64,000 nucleotides of DNA from Calditrichia bacterium (lineage in GTDB: Bacteria; Calditrichota; Calditrichia; JAJRVZ01), in the NCBI GenBank assembly GCA_963796965.1, contig CAWCNS010000011.1, positions 416,001 to 480,000 of the forward strand. The letters are read 5' to 3'. Of this stretch, positions 44,450 to 59,063 are shown in pieces; position 1 is the stretch's first letter; every line of letters starts with the position of its first letter. The notes beneath the pieces are model-generated. The model did no database searches. It had not been told where the DNA came from and saw only the letters and a list, made by a program, of their open reading frames with translations. A program made the translations under genes and the position numbers.

Positions 44450-45452
44450 TTACATCGCATCACGAAATGCATTACGAAAAGCGTCGCTTCTCATTGCATT
44501 TCGGAAAGCATCATTACTCATTGCATTACGGAAAGCATCACTTTTTAAGGCATTGCGGAAAGCGTCATTCTGCATCGCGTTACGAAAGGCCTCATTCTTC
44601 ATCGCATTACGAAAAGCATCATTTTTAATGGCATTGCGGAAAGCCTCATTCTGTACCGCATTGCGAAAGGCTTCGTTTTTTAAAGCATTACGGAAAGCGT
44701 CATTACTTAGTGCATTACGAAACGCATCATTCCTAATCGCATTGCGGAATGCTTCACTTTCCAATGCATTGCGCATCGCCTCATTTTCCATTGCTTTGCG
44801 AAAAGCCTCATTCTTCATAGCCGCCTGGAAGGCATCACTTTTCATTGCTTCCTGAAAGGCCTCGTTTTTCAAGGCATTCCGAAAGGCTTCGTTTTTCATT
44901 GCATTGCGCAGAGCGTCATTTTGGATAGCATTACGAAAAGCCTCGCTTTTAAGTGCATTACGCATTGCTTCATTCTGCATTGCCTGGCGAAAAGCCTCAT
45001 TGCTGATCGCGTTCTGAAATGCATCGCTGCGTACTGCATTCACGAAGAGCATCATTACTCATGGCATTGCGGAAGGCATCACTACTAAGGGCATTGCGAA
45101 ATGCTTCACCCTTCATCGCATCACGAAAAGCATCATTGCTTAGGGCATTACGGAATGCTTCATTTTTCATAGCCTCCTGAAACTCATCGTTACTCATAAG
45201 TTTTTGAATCTGATCGTTCTGCAGAAGATTCTGAATTTCTTCTCCTGTCAATTCCACATCATCTCCCGTTATCTGCTCCGAGCGATATTTTTGTGCTTTC
45301 TCAACACCGGCAATTGTACCGGTTACATCCTCCGCAGCAGGGGGTGGATATGTTAGCGTAAAATAGACAATTACAACAATAACAATAAACAAGCCTCCGA
45401 TGAGCAAACCCGCTCTACGGATTTTGGCAGATTTTTCTTTTGCCTCACTCAT
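44450..45452 (-). CDS. Membrane-anchored 9-aa tandem-repeat protein, ~333 aa (one extra base at ~45045)
   Basis: AAGGAGG RBS; N-terminal TM helix; 26 conserved plus 2 degenerate units of A[MLIV]x[NSG][ED]A[FML][RQ]x spanning ORFs 44997..45452 and 44450..45055. Confidence 0.85.
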
Positions 45453-45704
45453 AATGGTCCTCCTTATATTAATGTGATTTTCGCCTTTAAAATTGCTGTG
45501 ATATTATTACGTACAGTTAATAATCAAATCAGTTGGAAAAAAAATTATATTTTTGAAGTGATCCCTCAATTAATATTTTTTTAGCAAAGGGTATAAATTG
45601 CTGTACAATTGATTATCCGGTTATTGGATTATAGATAAACCTAATTATGAAAATATTATTTTTAAAATTACATCTAATAGATTCTGCACAGATGAATCAT
45701 TCGC

Positions 45705-46475
45705 CTACCTGGTCAAAAACTCATACTCAAGTCGGTTTGAACGAGAGGGATTCACTGTAATTTTCAGGAGTGATTCTGTCTTATTATTCTTGGTGAATGA
45801 GAGGATAAACGGTTTAGTCGTTGTAATGGTAAGTTTATTTTCCTGGTGTTCAAATACAATTTTTTCGGGATCAAGTGGCCGTAAAAGAATTAACACCAAC
45901 TCCTTTGGTTGATATGAAATCTGAACCGTGAACGAATTTTCTGAAAGAAGTTTAGATTCAATCCAAACGATATTATTTGATTCCTTCATATCTACAGAGC
46001 CCGAGATCCCATATTGATCGACCTGTTTTGATTGACTGATAGGTAGATTTTTAGAATCATTAACACCGATTGAACCATTAATTTCATTTAAATTCTGGTA
46101 ATTATTAGCCGTGGGGGGGAATAAAAACAGAGGAGAAATGCAGAGACCAACGATAAACACGGCGGCATAGGCCAGAATAGTGCGAACATTTTGCTGATTA
46201 AACAAAGTGCCAAAATTAAAAATTGCTGCATTAGTCTTTTTATCCCTGGAATATAGATTAGGATCGATCTTAGATAGAATGCTATTCTTTAAATCAGCTG
46301 GTGGTTTAACTTCAGATATTTTTCGTAGAGTAATAGTGAGAGCCTGAAGTTCCTCATACATATCTCTTGCTTCTATATTATCCGCGAGGTACATTCGGAG
46401 CAAAGTTTCTTCTTTGCTCGTTATCACCCCATCGATATCTTTATGCATCATTTCTATCATCGTTGAATCTATCAT
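45705..46475 (-). CDS. Putative transmembrane anti-sigma factor
   Basis: Immediately downstream of the ECF sigma; N-terminal anti-sigma-like helix set (IDG...EE...YL...AR..YEEL...PP.DLK), one TM helix, periplasmic domain; no HxxxCxxC. Confidence 0.75.
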   Translation of the reverse strand: MIDSTMIEMMHKDIDGVITSKEETLLRMYLADNIEARDMYEELQALTITLRKISEVKPPADLKNSILSKIDPNLYSRDKKTNAAIFNFGTLFNQQNVRTILAYAAVFIVGLCISPLFLFPPTANNYQNLNEINGSIGVNDSKNLPISQSKQVDQYGISGSVDMKESNNIVWIESKLLSENSFTVQISYQPKELVLILLRPLDPEKIVFEHQENKLTITTTKPFILSFTKNNKTESLLKITVNPSRSNRLEYEFLTR

Positions 46476-46476
46476 A

Positions 46477-47085
46477 CTAACAAATACCTCTTTCTCTAAG
46501 CACCTTCCCAAGTTGTTGGCGTGCAATAAACAGCCGTGATTTAATTGTTTTTTCAGGAAGATCCATAATCTGCGCAATCTGGTTGTAAGAGCAATTTTGA
46601 AAATGCTTAAGTATTATTAACGCTCTATATTTGGCTTCAACCTTAAGTAAGGCCTTCTGAATATTATCCGACAATTCGAGTTGTTCAAAAAACTCATCGG
46701 GCCCACTCTCTTTGGACTCATAGGTAATTGGTAATTCCTCCACGGGCTTTTTTTGATTAAGAAAATTCAAGGTTTCATTTATGGCGATACGGTACAGCCA
46801 ACTAAAAAACTTAAGTTCCGTATTGAAATAGGCCAGTTTCTCATAGACCTTGACAAATATATTCTGTGTAAGATCCCTGGCGTCCTCCGTATGATGACAC
46901 ATTCTGAAAACCACATTAAAAATCGGTTGTTGATATTTATCTATCAATGTCTCAAACGCCTGGAGATTGCCTTTCATGCATTTATTAACCAATATAGAAT
47001 CTTCGTTGCTATTCATAAGTACAGGTGTTTTTAAAATAAGTTGGATGTTTTTATTACCGGGTAGTAAATAAATTGATGGTGTCAT
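46477..47085 (-). CDS. ECF (sigma-70 group 4) RNA polymerase sigma factor
   Basis: AFETLIDKY, DARDLTQ, FFSWLYRIAIN, SYNQIA and TIKSRLFIAR; start may be ATG 47016. Confidence 0.93.
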   Translation of the reverse strand: MTPSIYLLPGNKNIQLILKTPVLMNSNEDSILVNKCMKGNLQAFETLIDKYQQPIFNVVFRMCHHTEDARDLTQNIFVKVYEKLAYFNTELKFFSWLYRIAINETLNFLNQKKPVEELPITYESKESGPDEFFEQLELSDNIQKALLKVEAKYRALIILKHFQNCSYNQIAQIMDLPEKTIKSRLFIARQQLGKVLRERGIC

Positions 47086-47366
47086 TCAATACGAAAAATC
47101 ATATCAAAACCAGCGTATCGAAAGACTTCCCTTATATGATTATTCAAATTTATTAATACGAGTTCCTGATCATCAGATTTCAATCTTTTTTGCGTCATCA
47201 ATAAAACACCTAGCCCGGCACTGGAGATATAGTTAAGATTTTCAAAATCCACATGGGTTGATTTTACAACTTCCTGGAAAACCTTTTTTGCACTTTCTGT
47301 TTGGGATGCATCAAATCTGCCTGTGAGTTTCACGTCATTGTGATCATCAATCATAATTTCGAACAT
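47082..47366 (-). CDS. STAS anti-sigma factor antagonist
   Basis: LTGRFDA and YISSAGLG with the phospho-acceptor Ser; overlaps the sigma ORF (ATGA). Confidence 0.9.
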   Translation of the reverse strand: MFEIMIDDHNDVKLTGRFDASQTESAKKVFQEVVKSTHVDFENLNYISSAGLGVLLMTQKRLKSDDQELVLINLNNHIREVFRYAGFDMIFRIE

Positions 47367-47773
47367 TAGCGCTCCCTGTATGTTTTATCAATTCGACAAT
47401 ATTGTTATTATTCTTCATATCTATATTCTACTTTATCGACCATCTGGTTAACAAGATGGACGCCTAATTTCCCAATTGGGCGTTTTTCAAGTTGTTGTGA
47501 TATATCATAACCCTCTGATTTTGTAGGATCAAAAGGATGAACATTAAAATCTGTTAATACGATGAGTAGATCGTGATTCTGCATTCTCAATTCTAATTCC
47601 ATGCTGCCATTTACCTTGCCATCATATTTAACCATATTTGAGAAAAGCTCTTCAACCACCAGATCGATCTGAAAATGCAATTGTGAATCCAAACCTGCCG
47701 ACTTAACAAATGTAGCGATGAAATCAAATAATTTATCTAATGATTTGAAATCTAATTTGAATATCTTTTTCAT
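47347..47773 (-). CDS. RsbW-like ATP-binding anti-sigma/Ser kinase (apparent frameshift ~47410)
   Basis: VVEELFSNMVKY N-box, PFDP and RPIGKLGVHL; removing one base extends the C-terminus (NNNIVELIK...) to overlap the STAS start. Confidence 0.85.
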
Positions 47774-47955
47774 TTCATTTGCAATGATTTAATATATATT
47801 ATGGACATGGTTGACGTGGTCCGACGCACAGCCGTGCGATGCTACATTCTATTTCCTCTGTTTTCCGTCTTCTTTAATCACGTCCGGACACGGTAATTGT
47901 GTTCACTATTTTCTATGCTTTACGCTTCACGATCTGCGGTGGACGGTCCACGATT

Positions 47956-47979
47956 CGACGCACTGCCGTGCGTCGCTAC
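47956..47979 (-). repeat. GTAG-type REP palindrome (also 47822..47845, 8512..8537, 17187..17211, 29015..29037, 34902..34925)
   Basis: Minus strand GTAG followed by CGACGCAC-ggca-GTGCGTCG hairpin. Confidence 0.7.
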
Positions 47980-47981
47980 GA

Positions 47982-49265
47982 TTATTTAATTTTCACGACA
48001 ATCAAAACCTGATCGTCTTCTTGTCCTGTACCGGATACAAATGAGAACAAATCGCTTTTTATATGGTCAATAATTGATCTTGCAGACTGATGATCGCTAT
48101 TGCTTACGGCATCAGACAATCTTGACAAACCATACATTTCTGAATGTGCATTAAAAGCTTCCGTAATCCCATCCGTATAAATGACAATGACATCTCCACT
48201 ATCCAAAGGTATCGTTTTACATTTATATTCAAATCCAGGTAGCACATTGAGGCCACAACCCGGCCATTCGACACGGTGACATTTATTATCCTTACCGGAA
48301 TAATGAAGGACTGGATTATGACCGGCATTTGCGATTTGGAAATATTTTTTTAGTGAATCAATCACGATGATCTGCATGGTAATAAACATATCCGGAGGGA
48401 TTAAGGTGGAAAGAATATTATTCACCTGGTTAAAAATCGCTTCCGGAGATTTAATATCATGCATACTGGTATAGAGGACACCCTTCAGAAGGGTCATCAC
48501 AAGGGCGGCAGGCGGGCCATGACCGGAGACATCGGCAAGGGCCAATCCCAATTGCCCCTCCTCGGGTTGAAAAAAATCATAATAATCTCCACCGACAGCA
48601 TCAGCAGGTTGAAAATAACTGGCAATTTCACAGAAATCACTGACCGGATGATGTTCCGGTAACAGTTTATTCTGTATATCTCTGGCTAAATCCAATTGAT
48701 GTTCAAGTCGTTTTTTCTCGATGGCCTGTAATTGCAACTCAGAATTAACAATTAATTGGCCCGATTGGGCCGCGATAATGGAAAGCAGACGGAGATCGTT
48801 TTGTGAAAAGACTTCCCCCCCCTTTTTATTGGTCATCGTTAAGACACCGATGATCGTACCTTTGGAGAGAATTGGTACGCAGAGGACACTATGTATATCA
48901 CTTCTCTCTTTTTCGGTTAGTTTAAAGCGGGAATCTTCTTTTAAATTTTCAATGATAAGCGATTGTTTGTTTTTCAGAACCCAGCCAGTGATATAGGAAC
49001 TTACACGCTGGATATTGAAATCATCTGAACTATTATCTTTTCTGATAAGTGTTTTCAGGGGATTCTCGTCCAGGCTGGTTACAAGCATGATGGCCCCTTG
49101 TTCGGCTTTGACAGATTTGACCGATTTTTTTACAATGGTGTCCAGGACCTGGTTAACCTCCAGGGATGTACTCGCAGCCAAAGCAAGCTCATTAAGGAGT
49201 GTAAGTTCATCAACGGCAGATTTTAACCGCTGAATTTCTTTTTCAAGATTTCTTTCAGACGGCAT
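47982..49265 (-). CDS. GAF + PP2C (SpoIIE/RsbU-like) phosphatase
   Basis: GAF domain; VGGDYYD, ADVSGHG, NAGH, YTDGITEA and QEDD motifs. Confidence 0.92.
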   Translation of the reverse strand: MPSERNLEKEIQRLKSAVDELTLLNELALAASTSLEVNQVLDTIVKKSVKSVKAEQGAIMLVTSLDENPLKTLIRKDNSSDDFNIQRVSSYITGWVLKNKQSLIIENLKEDSRFKLTEKERSDIHSVLCVPILSKGTIIGVLTMTNKKGGEVFSQNDLRLLSIIAAQSGQLIVNSELQLQAIEKKRLEHQLDLARDIQNKLLPEHHPVSDFCEIASYFQPADAVGGDYYDFFQPEEGQLGLALADVSGHGPPAALVMTLLKGVLYTSMHDIKSPEAIFNQVNNILSTLIPPDMFITMQIIVIDSLKKYFQIANAGHNPVLHYSGKDNKCHRVEWPGCGLNVLPGFEYKCKTIPLDSGDVIVIYTDGITEAFNAHSEMYGLSRLSDAVSNSDHQSARSIIDHIKSDLFSFVSGTGQEDDQVLIVVKIK

Positions 49266-49495
49266 GACAAGTCAATTGTTTGGATGAATGTTAGTGTTAT
49301 CAGACTGGAAGGAGTAGATAGTGATAAATATAAGAAAAAATAGGGTAAATACAATTAGAATATTCAATAGTCAATGGTCAATTCTTAATGATCAATAAAT
49401 AATTAACAATTTGTGGGTATATTTGGTCTAGCCAATTTCCAAATCGAAATGTCAAATCAATTCCCAATCCCAAATTCCCAATTCCATATCTCAAT

Positions 49496-53283
<3,788 letters not shown>

Positions 53284-53329
53284 TCATAAATCGCAATCAG
53301 TAAATTATACTTATTTGAATGACAAATTT

Positions 53330-56225
53330 TTAAAATAAAATTTCAAATCCTAAACGGTGCTGGCCTGGTTTCGCCCAGGACCAGGGAATATTCTGGATAC
53401 TATCGCCATCATCTGTACCAATGTCATATTGTTCTTCATTCCTGAATTGTCCGTAGAGTACGGTCATTTAATATATTCCACCATTCCCAGAAAATCCCTA
53501 ATTTTATTGATTTATGTATCGTGAAATTCTTATACAGACGCATATCCACATTCAACCAATCCGGATATCTTCTATCATTGATTGGAGGATATCGGGGGGG
53601 AGATTGCATTGTGGATGAAGTATAGGGTCTACCGGAATTATAAGTTAGTATAAAGTTAATTCCCCAATCGTCAGTCCAGATATTATCAAAATATCCTTCG
53701 GGAATACGATAATCAAAGTTTGCAGAGATCATATGGCGTACATCCCAATCAAGATAAAATTCCTCAGTACGCGGACGACGGTTATGATAATCATCCTCAA
53801 AATGCTTGACGATTATTCGAATTTTTACCTTTTGCCCGGGAATACGTATACGCTATATTCAGTATGGTATTATACCAGCGTCGTGTTTTGAGGGCAACTT
53901 CAAAACCTTTTACCTCAGCATAATCAGCATTGATATTCACCCAGTATGGGGTGCCAGTCTCATCATCTCTGAATTTTTGTTTGTTGACCAAATCAGCTAT
54001 ATCTTTATAAAAACCGGTAATAACTAATTTAACATCATCGGAGAATCCGTGCTCGACGCCCGCTTCATAGGAAATAATTTTCTCCCAATCCATATTCGGA
54101 TTACCCATATATTTATATGCACCCAGCATTGCCCAGCTATAATTTTCATAAAGGGTACCCATGTTAGGCATACCGTAATAATGGCCATAGTTAATATGAA
54201 AAACATCATGCGCACTGATCGGGAAGGCAATACCCAGGCGGGGCATCAAAATGGATCGGCTTCTGGCTTGTGTAGGATTTTTTATCCGATCTTCGGCTGG
54301 CGAAAGCGGATTTTGGTACAATTCGCTATTTGGATCTTTCGCATCGGCAACCAGCGGATCGGTAAAATTTTCCGGAACGATCGCATCCGGGTCAAAAAAA
54401 ACAAAACGGAGACCGGCATTGACAATCATACCATTAGTTTCAATTTTATCCTCAATATAGGCTGAAATTTTCTTTGGTCGTATATCTTCAAAAAAATTAG
54501 TATACTCATTGCCGCCAGATGCAAGACCCTCATACCACATATACAGATCATATAATTTAAATTCTGCGCCGATACGTAGTTCGTTGTATTCATTCAATTG
54601 GCTGACCAGATCGCCAGCGAAGGTCCAGACCGTTTGGCAGTCGTCCTGGCGATCTCTCAAAACAAACATTGGTTGTATAAACCATTCGCTCTCGAGTGTC
54701 AGTGCCGTTGGTGCACCCGGAGGGAAAAAATCGGAATGCGCAGGATTTGCAAAACGCAGAGTTCGAAAATCATCCAAACCTAATGGTTTGCCGGTTGCCG
54801 GATCATAGGTACGGGATTTCCCTTCCGTCATAAAATAATTAATATCCAATTTATAAAACGTTTTGGACGAAACCGTATTTTTATAACTGAGAGCAAATAG
54901 ATTACTGCCGTATTCCGAACGGGGGATGTTATTTGTCATATCATAATTCTTAACCGCTTCTAAGGTCCCATCCGGATGAACGATAGAACCGACAAGTACC
55001 TTATATGGTTTTTCGGAGCCTTTATTGTAACCATAAAGCGTATCACCGGTGGTTACAATGGATCTATAATAATGAACATTATAAGTTAGTTCACCATGCG
55101 AGGTAAGGAAGGTAAAGGTAAAAGTTGAATTTGAAGCGGTGTTATAGACCAACTTCAGATTCCATGTTTCTTGCTGCCCGGACTGACCGACAAAAAAGCC
55201 GCCACGATCGATAAAATCCCCGTTGATATTAAAAGACATGCTACCGCCAACGCCCAGACCGGTCAATGGAATCGGTCCACCAAAGCCAATTTCGTAACGA
55301 CGAAATCTCGGATTTAAGAACTGTTTTGATGGGGGCGCATAATAATCGTCATTGACATCTGCACTACCTGTCCCAACATGTTTTCTCTGTTCGGTCATTT
55401 TTTCATGGGAGATATAACCCGTTGGCTGCCCAAAACTATAATCTATAATATTACCATCACCGTACTCACTTGGGGTCATTTTAGTCCTCATATAACCACT
55501 AAAATTAGAACCTCCTGATTTGGTAATAATATTGACCACAGCTGATTTGGCACCGTACTGAGCACTCATACCACCGGTAATGACCTGTACTTCCTGCACA
55601 GCTGCTTCAGGAATATCCGTAGCCATATCAGCATTACCTTGCCCCGCTGGGGCACCAATATCATGTTCAGCAATAGGATTAGAAACATCTACATCATCAA
55701 TAAAATATTTAACCTCTCCGTTGTCTATTCGTCCACCACGGAAAGAACCCTCTACGAAGCCAGCGGTTAAACCAACTGTTCTGGCAATATCATCAACAGG
55801 CTGAGAAGCAATTACATCTCCAGTAATAACGGTACGAGATGACGTATTGTCTAAATGAATTAATTCCCGCTCAGCAACTACTTCGACAACCTCCTGGATT
55901 TCCAATACAGTCTGATCCATATCGAAATCACACCGGGTAGTTCCATCAGCACTAAAACACGGATATTTTTAATCAGGATCTCTTTATATCCAATATAAGA
56001 TACTTGTAACTCATGCAAACCAACCGGCACATTAACAATTACATAGTATCCATCATGGTCTGTAGATGCACCAAGTGTGGTACCTACAAGAAGAATGTTT
56101 ACACCGGGAAGAGGTTCACCAGTGTTTTTGTCCTTGACAAAACCTGAAATTTTACCTGTTGTACCGGCAACAAGAGAGGAAAAAAGAATTAAAAGAATCA
56201 GAAATACTACCAAAGTTCGAACCAT
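53330..56225 (-). CDS. TonB-dependent receptor with N-terminal carboxypeptidase-regulatory-like domain (apparent frameshifts ~55950, ~53800, ~53440)
   Basis: GTTGKISG...TGEPLPGVN, FRGGR, VITGGMSAQYG...VNIITKSG, AYIEDKIE, MPRLGIAFP; manual joining ends HRLGFEILF. Confidence 0.88.
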
Positions 56226-56705
56226 TGCAAACCTCCCATTTATTGAATGGGTGATGAATGTTTTCGGTCAACTAGGTATTTCTGCGTTTCAGTTTAATAT
56301 GAGGTGCAAGTTAGCAAGGGGCCAATTAAAAAGATCGGTCTATAAGAATATCTTCATAAAAGGTAAATTAAGATTAGTTTTTACATATATATACAGAGGT
56401 ACTATTTAAAAGTTTGAAAACAATGAGTCTGATTATAATATATTAATAGAGGTATTGGAATGCAATAAATAAATGCATGATAGAAAGGAAGCGTGAATGG
56501 TGGTATTAATTGTCAATTGTCTATTGATAATTTATGAGACTCTCCTTCAAAGGAGCCAAGACAATATAGAAAATCCTAAATTCTAATATCTAAATCCTAA
56601 ACAATTCCAAAATCCGAATTCCAAAATCAAAAATATTATTTATTCTCTTTATGTATTATGTCTAAAATCCTTACAACCCCCTTACCCCCTTTTTTAAGGG
56701 GGAAC

Positions 56706-56791
56706 ATATCACGCTATCCATGATCTCGTATCGCGTATCTCCTATCCCACATCTCATATCCCGCATCTCGTATCCCGAATCACGAATCGCG
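56706..56791. repeat. Degenerate heptamer tandem repeat (GATACGA-type; also 468..497, 1520..1573, 22041..22094)
   Basis: atctcgt atcgcgt atctcct atcccac atctcat atcccgc atctcgt atcccga atcacga. Confidence 0.8.
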
Positions 56792-58095
56792 CTACATCCG
56801 TTTTAATCACCACCAACGTCATATCATCCGTCTGGGGGGCGGTGCCGGCATGCTCCTGGACCTGAACCAACAATTTATCCGTCAATTCTTTTGGCGTGGC
56901 ATTCAGATTTTCTTTAATTACTTCCAGAATACGATCTTCCTCAAATTCCTCTTCCAGCAGATTCATCGCTTCACTGATACCATCGGAAAATGTAACCAGG
57001 ATATCGCCCTTATTAAAAGGAACCACTTCTTCTGTATAGTCAAAATCCTCCAACCATCCCAGCGGAATCCCCACCGCCTCCAGACGACGAATGGTCCCGT
57101 CCTGGGAGACCAAAAAAGGATTGTTATGACCGGCATTGGCAAAGGATAGTTCATTTTTTTCCGTATTAAGAACACCATAAAACATGGTGGCATATTTTTC
57201 CATATCGGTACTGTGATACAATAAACCGTTTGATCGTTTCATACAGTCCAGCGCCCCTTGACATCCCATAGTAGTGCCACGGAGCGTGGCTTGCAGGTTG
57301 GCCATTAATAATGCGGCGGGCATCCCCTTTCCGGAGACATCGCCAAGACAAAAAATAAGACAAGAACTGTTCTTGGATATAAAATCATAATAATCCCCGC
57401 CCACTTCCTGAGCAGGTGTGCTCATACCATAAGCTTCATATCCTTTTAGAACAGGCATTTCGCTGGGCAGAAGGTTTGTCTGGATGTTTCTGGCCAGGTT
57501 CATCTCCTGCTGCATTTTCTGATATTCCGTCTCTTCCAAATATAAACGGGCACTTTCGATAACCTGGGCTGATTGGGCCCCGATTATCGTAAGTAAACGC
57601 CGGTCATTATCTGTAAAATCCGCTTCAGCTCGTTTATTGAAAACGGTGAGAACCCCAATCATTTTTCCTTTTTGTGTTAAGGGCACGGCAAGAAGGGAGC
57701 GAATAAAATGATCTTCATTCTTAACAACCTGAAAACGCTCGTCGGTTTCCAGATTTTGAATAATTAAGGGTTGTTGATTTTTAATCATCCAGCCGGTTAA
57801 TTGAGTATCAAGGCGGTATGGCAAGCGGTCTGCTTGGGAGTTTACTTTGCGGAACATCGTTTTTAGCGGCGTTGCTTCATCCTGGGCTTCTAAAAGCCAA
57901 ATCGCTCCCTGATCTACTTTCAAATGCTTGACGCATTTCTGCACAATTAATTCAATTACACGATTTAAATCCAAAGTCGAACTTATGGCAGTGGCAATCT
58001 CGTTTAGTACAGATAGTTCTTCTACTGCGATACGCAAACGTTGGTTTTCAGATTTTAATTGTTCTAATTCTTGTGGTATTTCAGCGGGACTTCAT
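56792..58095 (-). CDS. GAF + PP2C (SpoIIE/RsbU-like) phosphatase, paralog of 47982..49265 (1-bp indels at both ends)
   Basis: EVGGDYYD, GDVSGKG, NAGH, FSDGISEA and QTDDMT; GGAG RBS with ATG 58095; likely true end IKRM-stop at 56792. Confidence 0.9.
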
Positions 58096-58131
58096 TTATA
58101 TGCTCCATAAAAAAGATGAAATCTCTTTTCA

Positions 58132-58647
58132 CTAGATATTTTGCTTCATTAATCCTGATTCAACAGGATATAAATCGATTAATTTCATTGGTAGTTTTCT
58201 TCCAAATGTTTGGAAGGTTTGCAACCAGAGTATATGGTTTCCTGATATATATATATAGTGAAAAGCACCCATTCCCAGAGCGATAAAGACGCTGATCCTA
58301 TGTAGGCTTTTATGGTTCGAATATGGGAAAATGGACTGTTTTTGGCCACTTTCATCTTATCCATCATTTGATAAAATATCTTTTACTGTCTCTTCATTGT
58401 CCTGATAATAGGAGATGTAGAGCAAGTCTTTTTTTTCTCTACCGTATTCGGCGATAATGTTTTTACTGGCTGCCACGGATAATCCATGTAATTTATTAAT
58501 TTCTTCAATCGCTTCCCCGCCAGTTATAACTTTGCTTAGCTCAAGATCACCTAAAGTCTTCGGCACAGCTAAATCACTTTTCTCCTGACAACTAATTATG
58601 AGAAAAGAAATAATGAGCAAAAATATGTAGTTTTGCATCTTATGCAT
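58132..58647 (-). CDS. Hypothetical lipoprotein (apparent frameshifts)
   Basis: Lipobox IIS-C; EAIEEINKLHG; other frames continue ...LGMGAFHYIYISGNHILWLQ to a stop at 58132. Confidence 0.55.
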
Positions 58648-59063
58648 TATTATTTCTTATAGGATTATTAATTACTTTTATTGTTTGCGACCCTCAAAAA
58701 TGACCATAATAAAAGGTTTTAATGATAAGATCTTTTTTGATTCTCCTTGCCCTCCAAAGAGACTTTAAAAAGGATTTAAATTTTGCTTGAACTTCGTTTA
58801 TATTATTAAAAATAGATTAGTGAAATCTAAAAAAATTAGTCTTGGCTCGTTTTACAAGTGCAATTCGTGGATAGAGTTTTCTTGATTTGTCGCTGCGGCG
58901 TCGCGGCGCTGCGTGAAATATAGTTAATAAATATAACAGACTTATGATACTATCCAGAAGGGATATTTCCAAATGAAATATGTCTCTATACTAGAAGGAA
59001 GATTCCTCCGGGATGACAAATTTAAATATTTCTTTCCGTCTTCGCGCCTTTGCGTGAGCTGAC

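Noticed and set aside
44358..44855. Plus-strand ORF with (LRKASFFIA)n repeats
   Set aside because: Antisense shadow of the repeat gene; the minus strand has the RBS, TM anchor and operon context, and this ORF starts inside a palindromic element
44450..45200. 27-bp periodicity as a CRISPR array or DGR template
   Set aside because: Units are contiguous with no spacers, variation is synonymous/conservative, and no cas or reverse transcriptase gene is present
46476..46577. N-terminal extension of the anti-sigma ORF
   Set aside because: Overlaps the sigma gene; the RBS supports ATG 46475
56754..56791. C-terminal extension DVARFVIRDTRCGI on the PP2C phosphatase
   Set aside because: Read-through into a heptamer tract, probably from one extra A in a homopolymer; corrected frame stops at 56792
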